Shown here piece after piece: positions 24,372 through 32,798 of a DNA stretch of 32,798 bases. Each line of letters begins with the position of its first letter. The first letter of the stretch is position 1. Made by a program: the position numbers and the translations under genes. The stretch is from a virus. A model generated the notes under the pieces. The model was not told where the DNA came from. It did not search any database and saw only the letters and a list, made by a program, of their open reading frames with translations. The DNA is taken from the UHGV virus genome UHGV-0202764, one strand, 5' to 3'.

Positions 24372-27300
24372 AAATTAGCGAAAAGAACGAAAAGAACGAA
24401 ACAACATCAAGCTTAAAGATAGATATAAGCGACTTTAAAAAAGGAATCACGGACGCAAAAAGACAGATCCGCATGGCGAACGCTGAATTTAAAGAAGCAA
24501 CCGCCGGTATGGACAAATGGAGCGAATCAGCGGACGGAATCAGCGCAAAGCTGCAGAACCTTGAAAAGACGCTCGACGCAGAGAAAAAGATACTCGGAAA
24601 TCTGGAAGAACAGTATAAAGCAGTAGTTGAGGAACAAGGCGAAAATTCAAAAGGCGCGGAAGAATTGGCAATTAAAATTGCTAATGAAAAAGCGGCGATC
24701 AAAAAGGTACAGAAAGAGATCAGCGACTATACAGATAAGCTGGAAGATTTAAACGGCGGAAACAAAGACGCAGAAGATTCAGGCGAAGATCACGAAAAGA
24801 CACTTGAAAAAGTAGAAAAACAGTCGGAAAAAACCGGATCAGCGACAAAAGAGTTGACAAAAAATCTGGCGTCTCTCGCAGTAAAAGGCATAAAGGCAGC
24901 AGTAACAGCCGGTGCTGGGCTGGTTACGTCGTTTATTGCATCCGCGGAAGCTACGCGAGAGTTCCGGGTAGCACTTGGAAAAGTTGAGACGGCGTTCACA
25001 TCGTCGAATTTCACGGCAGAACAGGGAAAAAAGACGTTTAAAGAGTTGAATGCCGTACTCGGTGACACGGACAGAGCGACAGAAGCGGCTGGAAACCTTG
25101 CAAAATTATGCAATTCTGAAAAAGAATTGACAGACTGGACGACGATAGCGACCGGCGTATACGGTTCATTCGGCGATGGCTTACCGGTTGAAGGGCTGGC
25201 AGAAGCAGCAAACGAAACGGCAAAGGTCGCGCAGGTCACCGGACCGTTAGCGGATGCACTGAACTGGGTATCAACAGATACAGAGGTTTGGAATAAAGCA
25301 CTTGCAAGCAACGAAACAGCACTTGCAGCTTTTCAGAAAGGCATTGCAGACGGCGAAAACGCGGAGGATTCCTTCACACTTGCATTACAGGCGTGCAGTT
25401 CAGAACAGGAACGCTCACAGCTTATAACGGCGACACTTACAAGCCTTTATTCTGACGCAGCAGGAGCGTACGAAAAAACAAACAGCGCAATCATAGATGC
25501 AAACAGAGCGCAGGAGGAACTTGACGAAACGATGGCAGAGGTTGGCGCGACGGCTGAGCCGGTTGTAACGACATTCAAAAAAATGGGAACGGAACTGATC
25601 GCGTCGGCACTTCCGGGAATAAAAGATCTTGCGAAAGGCTTTACAGATCTTTTGAAAGGCACGTCGGGCGCAGACAAGAAGATCGGAACAGCAGTCGGAA
25701 GTATTGTAAACACAATACTCGGAAAAGCAACGGCAGCACTACCGGGATTTTTAACAATCGGCGTCTCTATGATAACGGCATTAATTAGCGGATTAATGCA
25801 GGAAGTGCCGAACATGTTAGCGGCGGGCGAAGACTTGATAAAACAGATCGTTAGTATGATCGCGCAGTCTGCACCGCAGTTATTAGAGACGATACAGAGC
25901 CTTGCGACGGCAATATTTGAAGAATTAACAACGAGCATCCCCGAATTTTTGACATTCGGAGCGCAGCTTATAACAAAAATTGCTGAAGGTATCAGCACAA
26001 ATTTACCAGCATTGACAAGCAAAGCGTTAGAAGCTGCCGCGCAGCTTATAACAAAACTTGGCGAAGGAATCGGAAGCAATTTACCGGCGGTGATTAATAA
26101 AGCGTTAGATGCGTTAGACGGATTCGCGGATATGCTGACGCAGAACGCGCCGATCATTGTAAATGCAGGAATATCATTTATTCAAAATCTGGCGCAAGGA
26201 ATAGCTGATAGCCTGCCAACATTGATAAAAAAAGCACCGGATATTGTCACAAAATTTGCAAATGTAATAAACGACAACGCGCCAAAAATTTTAAAAGCGG
26301 CAGTTAATATTGTAATAACACTTGCAAAGGGAATTGTACAAGCGATTCCGACGCTGGTAAAGAACATACCGAAGATCATCAAGGCAATAGTAGCGGTGTG
26401 GGAAGCATTCAACTGGCTGAATCTCGGTAAAAAAGCGATCACATTCTTAAAAGATGGAATCTTGAACGCTGTATCTGCTGTAAAAACGGCGGGTAAAAAC
26501 GTAGCGGAAGCGGTAACAAATGCTATAAAGAATCTGCCGGAAAAGCTGCTTGACATCGGAAAAAACGGAATATCAAAACTTGGCGAAGCGTTCAAGGCGG
26601 GAATTGAATCTATAAAGAATATCGCGAAAGATATCTTGACAAAGATCATTGATACATTTAAGCCGGATTCGCTCCGAGATATCGGAAAAAATCTGATAAC
26701 AGGACTTTGGAACGGCATATCAGACATGACCGGCTGGATACTTGACAAGATCAAAGGATTCACGAATGACGTTGTTGACAAAATCAAAAAGCACTTCGGA
26801 ATACACTCACCGTCTACAGTCATGCGGGATCAGGTCGGTAAATATATATCGCTCGGTATCGCGGAAGGAATTACGCGGAACAAGAATGCGGTAACGAAGT
26901 CGACAAAAGAGCTGAGTGAAAACGTCCTTGCAAGCTTAAAGCGGAATATGAGCGAGGAAGATTTTAAAGCAGCCGGTTCGAAGCTTGTCACAAAGCTGAA
27001 TGAAGGAATCACGGAGCAGATCTCTAGCTTTACAACGTCGATCACATCAGTAACAAAGACATATAAGACGTTGATATCAAATGTTGAGAAAAAGCAGAAG
27101 GAAGCTTTGAAAAAGTTATCGGCAGATTACAAATCAAATCTAAAAGAGATTAAAGATAAGTATGAGAATCTTATAAAAGAGGTTGAAACGCAGCAGGAAA
27201 CACTGGCTAACAAGATGAGCGGAGCAAGCGCACTGTATACGATCGACAGCAACGGAAATTTAACACTCGGAAATCTGAAGGAACAGACAAAAGAGATTGA

Positions 27301-28123
27301 AAAGTACGGCGCAAAGCTGAACAAATTAAGCGAAAAAGTATCAAGTGAATTGATGGATCAGATCCTTTCGATGAATGTTGACGATGCAGCAAAATTTATG
27401 GACGCGTTGAACAAAATGTCAGACGACGATCTGGAAAAATACGACGCAGCGTACAACAAAAAGATACGGACAAGCAACAAAATAGCGTACAAATGGTACA
27501 AGGACGATATCGCGGAATTAAAAGCAGACTACAAAGACGAAAAAGCAGCATTAAAGAAAGAGTATGAAAAGAACACGAAAGAAACGACAGCGAAGTATCA
27601 GGCAGAGATCGACACTCTGAAAAAGCAGTATACTACGAAAGTGGAAAGCTTATTCGGAAATTTAACAAAAAATGTGTCAAAAGCCGGAACGGACGCATTA
27701 AACGGATTCTTGAAAGCTTTCAAGGGTAAAAGCGACGTGGAAAAGACGCTTTCAAAATTCTGTGAAAACGTAGCGGAAACGATAAGGAAGAAATTCAAGA
27801 TACACTCTCCGTCGAAAGTGATGGAAGAAATCGGTGGATACTTAACACTTGGAATGAGCGAAGGAATCTTAAAAAACAAAAAATCAATAGACAAAGCATG
27901 GGAACAGGTGAAGACCTCGGTTACAAAACCGATCACGCTAGATATTGAAGACGCAAAGGCGAGGGTAAATACTGACAGAATGAGATCTGACAGAAACGGA
28001 TCTAATGATGTTAAGAACACATCATATACATTTAATCAGTATAATACATCGCCGAAAGCATTAAGCAGATTAGAGATCTATAGACAGACGAAAAATCAGC
28101 TTAATTTTGCGAAAGGAGTTTAA
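24362..28123 (+). CDS. Tape measure protein (start codon uncertain)
   Basis: About 1250 aa, helical A/G/L/I-rich repeats, two HSPS motifs, C-terminal SPKALSRLEIYRQTKNQL. Confidence 0.92.
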   Translation: MVVKISEKNEKNETTSSLKIDISDFKKGITDAKRQIRMANAEFKEATAGMDKWSESADGISAKLQNLEKTLDAEKKILGNLEEQYKAVVEEQGENSKGAEELAIKIANEKAAIKKVQKEISDYTDKLEDLNGGNKDAEDSGEDHEKTLEKVEKQSEKTGSATKELTKNLASLAVKGIKAAVTAGAGLVTSFIASAEATREFRVALGKVETAFTSSNFTAEQGKKTFKELNAVLGDTDRATEAAGNLAKLCNSEKELTDWTTIATGVYGSFGDGLPVEGLAEAANETAKVAQVTGPLADALNWVSTDTEVWNKALASNETALAAFQKGIADGENAEDSFTLALQACSSEQERSQLITATLTSLYSDAAGAYEKTNSAIIDANRAQEELDETMAEVGATAEPVVTTFKKMGTELIASALPGIKDLAKGFTDLLKGTSGADKKIGTAVGSIVNTILGKATAALPGFLTIGVSMITALISGLMQEVPNMLAAGEDLIKQIVSMIAQSAPQLLETIQSLATAIFEELTTSIPEFLTFGAQLITKIAEGISTNLPALTSKALEAAAQLITKLGEGIGSNLPAVINKALDALDGFADMLTQNAPIIVNAGISFIQNLAQGIADSLPTLIKKAPDIVTKFANVINDNAPKILKAAVNIVITLAKGIVQAIPTLVKNIPKIIKAIVAVWEAFNWLNLGKKAITFLKDGILNAVSAVKTAGKNVAEAVTNAIKNLPEKLLDIGKNGISKLGEAFKAGIESIKNIAKDILTKIIDTFKPDSLRDIGKNLITGLWNGISDMTGWILDKIKGFTNDVVDKIKKHFGIHSPSTVMRDQVGKYISLGIAEGITRNKNAVTKSTKELSENVLASLKRNMSEEDFKAAGSKLVTKLNEGITEQISSFTTSITSVTKTYKTLISNVEKKQKEALKKLSADYKSNLKEIKDKYENLIKEVETQQETLANKMSGASALYTIDSNGNLTLGNLKEQTKEIEKYGAKLNKLSEKVSSELMDQILSMNVDDAAKFMDALNKMSDDDLEKYDAAYNKKIRTSNKIAYKWYKDDIAELKADYKDEKAALKKEYEKNTKETTAKYQAEIDTLKKQYTTKVESLFGNLTKNVSKAGTDALNGFLKAFKGKSDVEKTLSKFCENVAETIRKKFKIHSPSKVMEEIGGYLTLGMSEGILKNKKSIDKAWEQVKTSVTKPITLDIEDAKARVNTDRMRSDRNGSNDVKNTSYTFNQYNTSPKALSRLEIYRQTKNQLNFAKGV

Positions 28124-28972
28124 ATGTTTACTTTAAAATTGACAAACGAATTTCGGAAAGAACTGGAATTGACGCACAAAGAAGATTATAAAGTAACCAG
28201 TATCACCGGGCTGAACCCGCCCGGTGCTACAATCTCAACCTCAACTGTAGCAGGATTCGACGGTGAGCGGTACAACTCTAGCCGGCTGAATAAAAGAAAT
28301 GTAGTAATTACGGTTGTGATTAACGAAAATGTCGCAAAGAATTTAGACGAATTTAACAAACTATTATTGCCGAAACGATACTTAAAGATATCGTATGCAA
28401 CGAAAGAAAAGAATGTATACATAGAAGGGTATATAGAATCGTTTGAATACGATCATTTTAGCAATAAAGTAAAATGTCAGATCAGCGTAATGTGTCCGAA
28501 ACCATACTGGCGGGCGCAAGACGCAGAGGTGACGAAAATGTCGCCGGTTGTAGATCTGTTCGAATTTCCTTTTTCAATTCCTGCAGAAGGGATTGCGTTT
28601 AGTGAGTACGTCGGTTCAATGTCGGAATACATCACAAATCCGGGAAATGTCGAAACAGGGGTAATGATCGACGTTGAAGCAACAAAAAAGGTGAAAAATC
28701 CGCTTATAGTAAACGCGACGACCGGGCAGCAGATGAAGCTACTAATAGTGATAAATGAAGGCGATCATATCACAATCAATACAGAACGCGGTGATAAAAG
28801 CATATTTTTGGAGCGAAACGGCGAAAAAACAAACGTCTTAAATACGTTAGACGATACAAGCGAATGGATACGGCTTGTGCCGGGCAGTAACCGGATCAAC
28901 TACAATGCAGATTCAGGAGCGGATAATATGTTAATAACAATTAAATGCCCGATACTGTACGGGGGTGTGTGA
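28124..28972 (+). CDS. Distal tail protein (Dit)
   Basis: Follows TMP; CPKPYW, ITNPGNVETG, IRLVPGSNRI. Confidence 0.85.
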   Translation: MFTLKLTNEFRKELELTHKEDYKVTSITGLNPPGATISTSTVAGFDGERYNSSRLNKRNVVITVVINENVAKNLDEFNKLLLPKRYLKISYATKEKNVYIEGYIESFEYDHFSNKVKCQISVMCPKPYWRAQDAEVTKMSPVVDLFEFPFSIPAEGIAFSEYVGSMSEYITNPGNVETGVMIDVEATKKVKNPLIVNATTGQQMKLLIVINEGDHITINTERGDKSIFLERNGEKTNVLNTLDDTSEWIRLVPGSNRINYNADSGADNMLITIKCPILYGGV

Positions 28973-30003
28973 TGGAGTTATACGTTTTAAATAAAAATTA
29001 CGACAAAATAGCAGTGATTGATTACGCAGAGAGCATAATCTGGACAAAACGATATTGTGAAACCGGAGATTGCGAGATATACTTACCGGCTGAAACAGAT
29101 ACGCTGGCGATACTTAAAAAAAGGAATATACTACAGCGCGCGGACAGACCGACAGATATCATGCAGATACAGACGGTTAAGGTTGAGACAGACGAAGAAA
29201 AAGGCAACTACATGACGGTAACCGGCAAAACGATGGATATACTGCTTGCACAAAGGATCATATGGACACAAACGAATCTTTCGGGACCAGTTGTTGATTG
29301 CGCGAAAAAAATATTAAATGAAAATTTAATAAAACCGTCAAATTCTGCAAGAAAAATTGCGGGCGTGACATTTGAAAGTAGCATAAAGAACAGCAAAAAG
29401 GTAGAAAAGCAGATCACCGGCGACAACTTACTTGATGCGTTTATCGAACTGCTAACAACGTACAAATGCGGATATAAAGCGACGTATGAAAAAGGAATCA
29501 AAATAACGGCATATCAAGGGGCTGACCGGTCGGGTAGTGTAGTGTTTAGCCAAAATATGGAAAACTTGATCGAATCTGAATACTCGTCAAGCGTTGAAGG
29601 GTATAAAAACGTAGCACTTGTCGCCGGCGAAGGTGAAGGAGTTAGCAGAAAGACGTATACAGTCGGATCGGCAGCAGGATATGACAGATTTGAAGAATAT
29701 GTTGACGCGAGAGATATATCAAGCGACACGGATAGCGGAACATTATCAAATGCAGAATATAACAAACTGCTGGCGGCAAAAGGGCAGGAAAAGCTGGCTG
29801 AAACGATTGTACAAGAAAAATTTTCCGGAACGATTGAGCCGGAGATCAACTACGCATATGGAATTGATTACGATTTAGGCGACATTGTAAAAATGATAAA
29901 TGAATATGGAATGTCAGCGAATGCAAGAATAACGGAAGTCATAGAATCGTGGGACGAATCAGGATACACCTGTATTCCGACATTCGACACAGAGGAGGTA
30001 TAG
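28972..30003 (+). CDS. Siphovirus ReqiPepy6 gp37-like tail hub protein
   Basis: SIIWTKRY..G, NVALVAGEGEG..R, EEYVDARD, YGIDYDLGDIV; ATG at 28972 overlaps the Dit stop. Confidence 0.88.
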   Translation: MELYVLNKNYDKIAVIDYAESIIWTKRYCETGDCEIYLPAETDTLAILKKRNILQRADRPTDIMQIQTVKVETDEEKGNYMTVTGKTMDILLAQRIIWTQTNLSGPVVDCAKKILNENLIKPSNSARKIAGVTFESSIKNSKKVEKQITGDNLLDAFIELLTTYKCGYKATYEKGIKITAYQGADRSGSVVFSQNMENLIESEYSSSVEGYKNVALVAGEGEGVSRKTYTVGSAAGYDRFEEYVDARDISSDTDSGTLSNAEYNKLLAAKGQEKLAETIVQEKFSGTIEPEINYAYGIDYDLGDIVKMINEYGMSANARITEVIESWDESGYTCIPTFDTEEV

Positions 30004-30006
30004 AAA

Positions 30007-30741
30007 ATGATAAAATGCGGATTTTTTAACTCTGTAAACGGTGACAGAGTATACGGAGCAAATGATCTGAATAATTTTTTTGAAGGAATCGTAAGCGACG
30101 GAGTTTTTCGAAAGTTTAAAAGAGAGATGGAAGTAACTGCTCCGGGTGGAATGGCTGTCCGGGTACTGCCGGGAAAAGCGATTTGCATGGAAAAATATAT
30201 ACATATTACAGCAGCGGAAGATATAACAGTCGAAAGCGGAAACGCACAACCGCGCTATGATGCGGTCGTTATCAGCGTAAGCCTTGACGACAGAGAAGGA
30301 TATCTCTACATAAAAAAAGGAGAAGAAGCAGCGACACCAGAACCGCCGGCGCTGTATGACAACGATACAGTTAAAGAAATGGCACTTGCATACATATATG
30401 TACCGGCGAATGCGACAGAAATTCTGGCAGAGAATATCACCGACAAGAGAGAAGACAGCGACGTATGCGGATGGGTGAAGCTGACGAATGTATCGGCGAC
30501 GATAGTAACGTACAGATCAAGCACAACATTAAAGGCAGCAGCTACAGAGGTAAGCATCGGAATAAGCGACTATAACGCGACTACAGACGTCGTGAATGTT
30601 TACAAAAACGGATTAATGCTGAATGAGACGGAAGAGTATAGCATAAACGGAACAGGATCAGCGGCAAAAATTAAGCTTACAAGCAGCACGCCGGCGGGAA
30701 ATAAATTCACTTTCGTTGTGCAGCATTTAGGGCTTATTTAA
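30007..30741 (+). CDS. Baseplate / tail tip protein
   Basis: GFFNSVNGDRVY...GIVSDGVF...PRYDAVV...ITDKR..SDVCGWV. Confidence 0.8.
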   Translation: MIKCGFFNSVNGDRVYGANDLNNFFEGIVSDGVFRKFKREMEVTAPGGMAVRVLPGKAICMEKYIHITAAEDITVESGNAQPRYDAVVISVSLDDREGYLYIKKGEEAATPEPPALYDNDTVKEMALAYIYVPANATEILAENITDKREDSDVCGWVKLTNVSATIVTYRSSTTLKAAATEVSIGISDYNATTDVVNVYKNGLMLNETEEYSINGTGSAAKIKLTSSTPAGNKFTFVVQHLGLI

Positions 30742-30769
30742 AAGAAAAAAAGAAGCAATATAACACGAA

Positions 30770-30999
30770 AAAATTGGGCAAAAATTGGGCAAAAACATTG
30801 CATTTATGTTCACATGCCTTACAATTCAAAGTATGAAAAATGGCTTAAAATATAGCTTTTTCACACATTTTCATATTTAAAGAAAAAAAGAAAAAAGCCC
30901 TTTTTCGGCTTTGAACCAAAAGCCTGAAAACCTAGTAAAATCAAGGTTTTTCAGGCTTTTCCTAATATCAAAAAACAAAAATTGGGCAAAAATTGGGCA
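30770..30999. other. Putative attP: paired 11-bp arm-type repeats around a central region
   Basis: AAAATTGGGCA twice at 30770-30791 and twice at 30978-30999; inverted repeat at 30918-30960; adjacent to the integrase 3' end. Confidence 0.75.
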
Positions 31000-31004
31000 A
31001 AAAA

Positions 31005-32132
31005 TTAAGAAGTTAAAAAAATAGTGTCCATAATCGCGTTGTCAGCTTCGGACATTTTTTTTGTAACATGAATATAAATATCATGCGTGACCTTGCTGCG
31101 ATTATGACCAAGCCGCCGCGCGATTTGATCGTCAGTCATTCCAGCCTCGGCAAGAAGTGAAGCGTGAGTATGCCGGAGCTTGTGCGGAGTGATACGTTGA
31201 TTTAATTCGTGTTCGGAAACTTCGCGCAAAAATTTGCAGTATGCATCATAAGACGTACAAGAACCGGTATGGATGCAAGGAATAAAAAGATTACTTTTCA
31301 ATCCGTTTGCAAGCAGCATCTGTTTACGCCAAAGCCTGCATTTTTTTATTAATAAAGCAAGCTCTGGTTGGATGTGAATATCGCGAACAGATTTGTCTGT
31401 CTTCGGAGTAGTGACTACACCGTTTCGATAATCATAAGTTACAACGATATGAATAACTCTGTTATTCATATCAACAGATCCGTCCTTTAATGCGATTAAT
31501 TCACCGATTCGCATTCCTGTAAGCAGCAACATATTTGTAAAAAAATACCAGTGCCATAACTCGCGGCTGCTCATGTATTCAAGCAGAATATTGATTTCAT
31601 CTTTTTCAAGATATTTACGACTTTCACAAACGGATTTTTCCTGTTCTGAATTTTGAAATAATTCGAGTTTGGAAAGAAGACTGTAATTATCATGATAATC
31701 ATTCTTATATCCCCAATTCAACATGGCACGAAAACGAGTTATATAAGAATTTAAAGTTACAATAGGTTTGCCGGAGCTTAAAAGTTGTTCGTTAAAATAT
31801 TGAGAAGTGATATTATCAACAATAGTATCAGCTCCAAGCAGATCTATAACGAGTTTGATTACACGCTCGTTTCTGACTGCTGTAGATAGCTTGCAAGTGA
31901 TTTTTTGACTTGCAGAATAAGCATCTAAAAGATCGGAAAGAGTAGCTTTAGTTTGCTTCGTCTTGCTAAAAATAGAATTGATTTTTGCGTCTAAAATTCG
32001 CTGCGCTTTTTTCTTACTCTGATTTGATGCGCTTGGCATTGATACAGATACTTTTTTAACCTTTTCAGTTAAAGGATCAACGTACCTTTCGCAATAAACA
32101 GCAGAGCCATTATTCCGAATCTCACACCACAT
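31005..32132 (-). CDS. int: Tyrosine integrase
   Basis: TGMRIGE, TPKT, HKLRHTH, LGH, IYIH catalytic residues; AGGAGG SD before the ATG at 32132. Confidence 0.96.
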   Translation of the reverse strand: MWCEIRNNGSAVYCERYVDPLTEKVKKVSVSMPSASNQSKKKAQRILDAKINSIFSKTKQTKATLSDLLDAYSASQKITCKLSTAVRNERVIKLVIDLLGADTIVDNITSQYFNEQLLSSGKPIVTLNSYITRFRAMLNWGYKNDYHDNYSLLSKLELFQNSEQEKSVCESRKYLEKDEINILLEYMSSRELWHWYFFTNMLLLTGMRIGELIALKDGSVDMNNRVIHIVVTYDYRNGVVTTPKTDKSVRDIHIQPELALLIKKCRLWRKQMLLANGLKSNLFIPCIHTGSCTSYDAYCKFLREVSEHELNQRITPHKLRHTHASLLAEAGMTDDQIARRLGHNRSKVTHDIYIHVTKKMSEADNAIMDTIFLTS

Positions 32133-32187
32133 ATTATATACACCTCCTAAAATGTAAAAAATAAGCCTATTCAAAATGAACGGCTTA

Positions 32188-32271
32188 TGATATAATATAA
32201 ATGTTAAGGTTACAAATCATTAGCCATTTGTGAAATGATCCGAGTGCTGCAAACGCTCGGATCATTTTTTT
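32188..32271 (+). ncRNA. Putative short transcript antisense to the int leader
   Basis: TGATATAAT extended -10 (32188-32196); terminator AAATGATCCGAG...CTCGGATCATTT plus T-run (32233-32271). Confidence 0.5.
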
Positions 32272-32284
32272 ATAGAATTAAAAT

Positions 32285-32563
32285 TTACACAATATACTCA
32301 ATTACATAAGGAGCACCGTTATAGATGCCGCTGTCATGATCTGCCGGAGCGTCACCGGCTATTAACTGCTTTTTGTAATCATCAACAGACATTCCGCCTA
32401 ATTCATCATCAAGAAGACCGCAGTTGTCGAGATTTGTGATATAATCATCAATGCTATATATAACGCATTTGTCAGGATTCATATAATGATCGACGTCTAC
32501 TTTACACATGTCAGTACAGTTTTCTAAGATTTCTCTTTTTTCATAATCATAAATAGTTTTCAT
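32285..32563 (-). CDS. Small acidic protein, 92 aa; anti-CRISPR candidate
   Basis: Hand count 20 D/E versus 7 K/R; GAGG SD; co-transcribed behind the AcrIC5-like gene. Confidence 0.75.
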   Translation of the reverse strand: MKTIYDYEKREILENCTDMCKVDVDHYMNPDKCVIYSIDDYITNLDNCGLLDDELGGMSVDDYKKQLIAGDAPADHDSGIYNGAPYVIEYIV

Positions 32564-32580
32564 AAAAATACCTCACAATT

Positions 32581-32611
32581 CTTTCTGCCGGAGAGAGCCG
32601 CTCCGGCTCGG
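32581..32611 (-). repeat. 31-bp GC-rich hairpin element, copy 2
   Basis: Matches 2038-2068 at 28/31 positions. Confidence 0.85.
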
Positions 32612-32621
32612 TTTGCGATTT

Positions 32622-32798
32622 TTACAGTTCGATAGAAAATTCAGAATACAATAAATCTTCAAAATCTGGATCTTCTTTGACGTATGCTTTTAAAAAATCT
32701 TCTGGCGTACATGGCGCAAGCGCACGATGTATTTTTTCTCTGATATCATCATTCATATAAACAACAATAGCATCCATTAAGTCCTGTTTTAATTCGAA
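32622..32798 (-). CDS. 3' part of origin-spanning AcrIC5-like putative anti-CRISPR
   Basis: Hand translation FELKQDLMDAIVVYMNDDIREKIHRALAPCTPEDFLKAYVKEDPDFEDLLYSEFSIEL*; the DA..M.DDIRE.H..LAPCT...FL.AY pattern recalls AcrIC5. Confidence 0.75.
   Translation of the reverse strand, partial: FELKQDLMDAIVVYMNDDIREKIHRALAPCTPEDFLKAYVKEDPDFEDLLYSEFSIEL

Larger units (their letters stand above)
1..32798. mobile_element. Complete circular temperate siphophage genome (excised or virion form)
   Basis: Integrase, CI-like repressor, replication, lysis, terminase, portal, protease, capsid and tail genes are all present and no host genes are seen. An ORF continues in frame from base 1 into base 32798, and arm-type repeats flank both sides of the att core. 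Confidence 0.93.

Noticed and set aside
24790..28020. Long minus-strand ORFs within the tape measure gene
   Set aside because: Shadow ORFs expected from the codon bias of the plus-strand gene.
28124..30741. Diversity-generating retroelement or invertible tail cassette
   Set aside because: No reverse transcriptase, invertase or TR/VR repeat pair was seen.
30906..30917. GGTTCAAAGCCG (minus strand) as a tRNA T-arm att core
   Set aside because: Only a partial T-loop resemblance with no matching stem or acceptor end; no tRNA gene can be supported.

Overview
The window looks like a complete, circular 32.8-kb temperate siphophage genome, probably from a Clostridia/Lachnospiraceae-type gut Firmicute (host inferred from gene style and SD usage). 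One ORF runs in frame across the 1/32798 junction, and an intact attP-like site sits next to the tyrosine integrase. Gene order: leftward accessory region, hicAB, immunity switch, HUH rolling-circle Rep with an RNase H-like gene, small early/middle genes, late activator, lysis, packaging and HK97-type head, long non-contractile tail, attP, integrase. The strongest lead is the leftward accessory region (32285-32798 plus 1-2480). It has three copies of a sigma70 promoter with a 22-bp palindromic operator between -35 and -10. These drive small, partly acidic genes, including an AcrIC5-like protein missed by the ORF track because it spans the origin, and one operon ends in a small HTH gene. This is the layout of an acr-aca regulon with several uncharacterised anti-defence candidates. 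Other leads: a plasmid-like replicon (antisense RNA, HUH Rep, catalytically degenerate RNase H), two unrelated small-terminase-like genes, and tail-fibre-like genes displaced into the packaging region. Family calls are motif recognition from memory; no searches were run.
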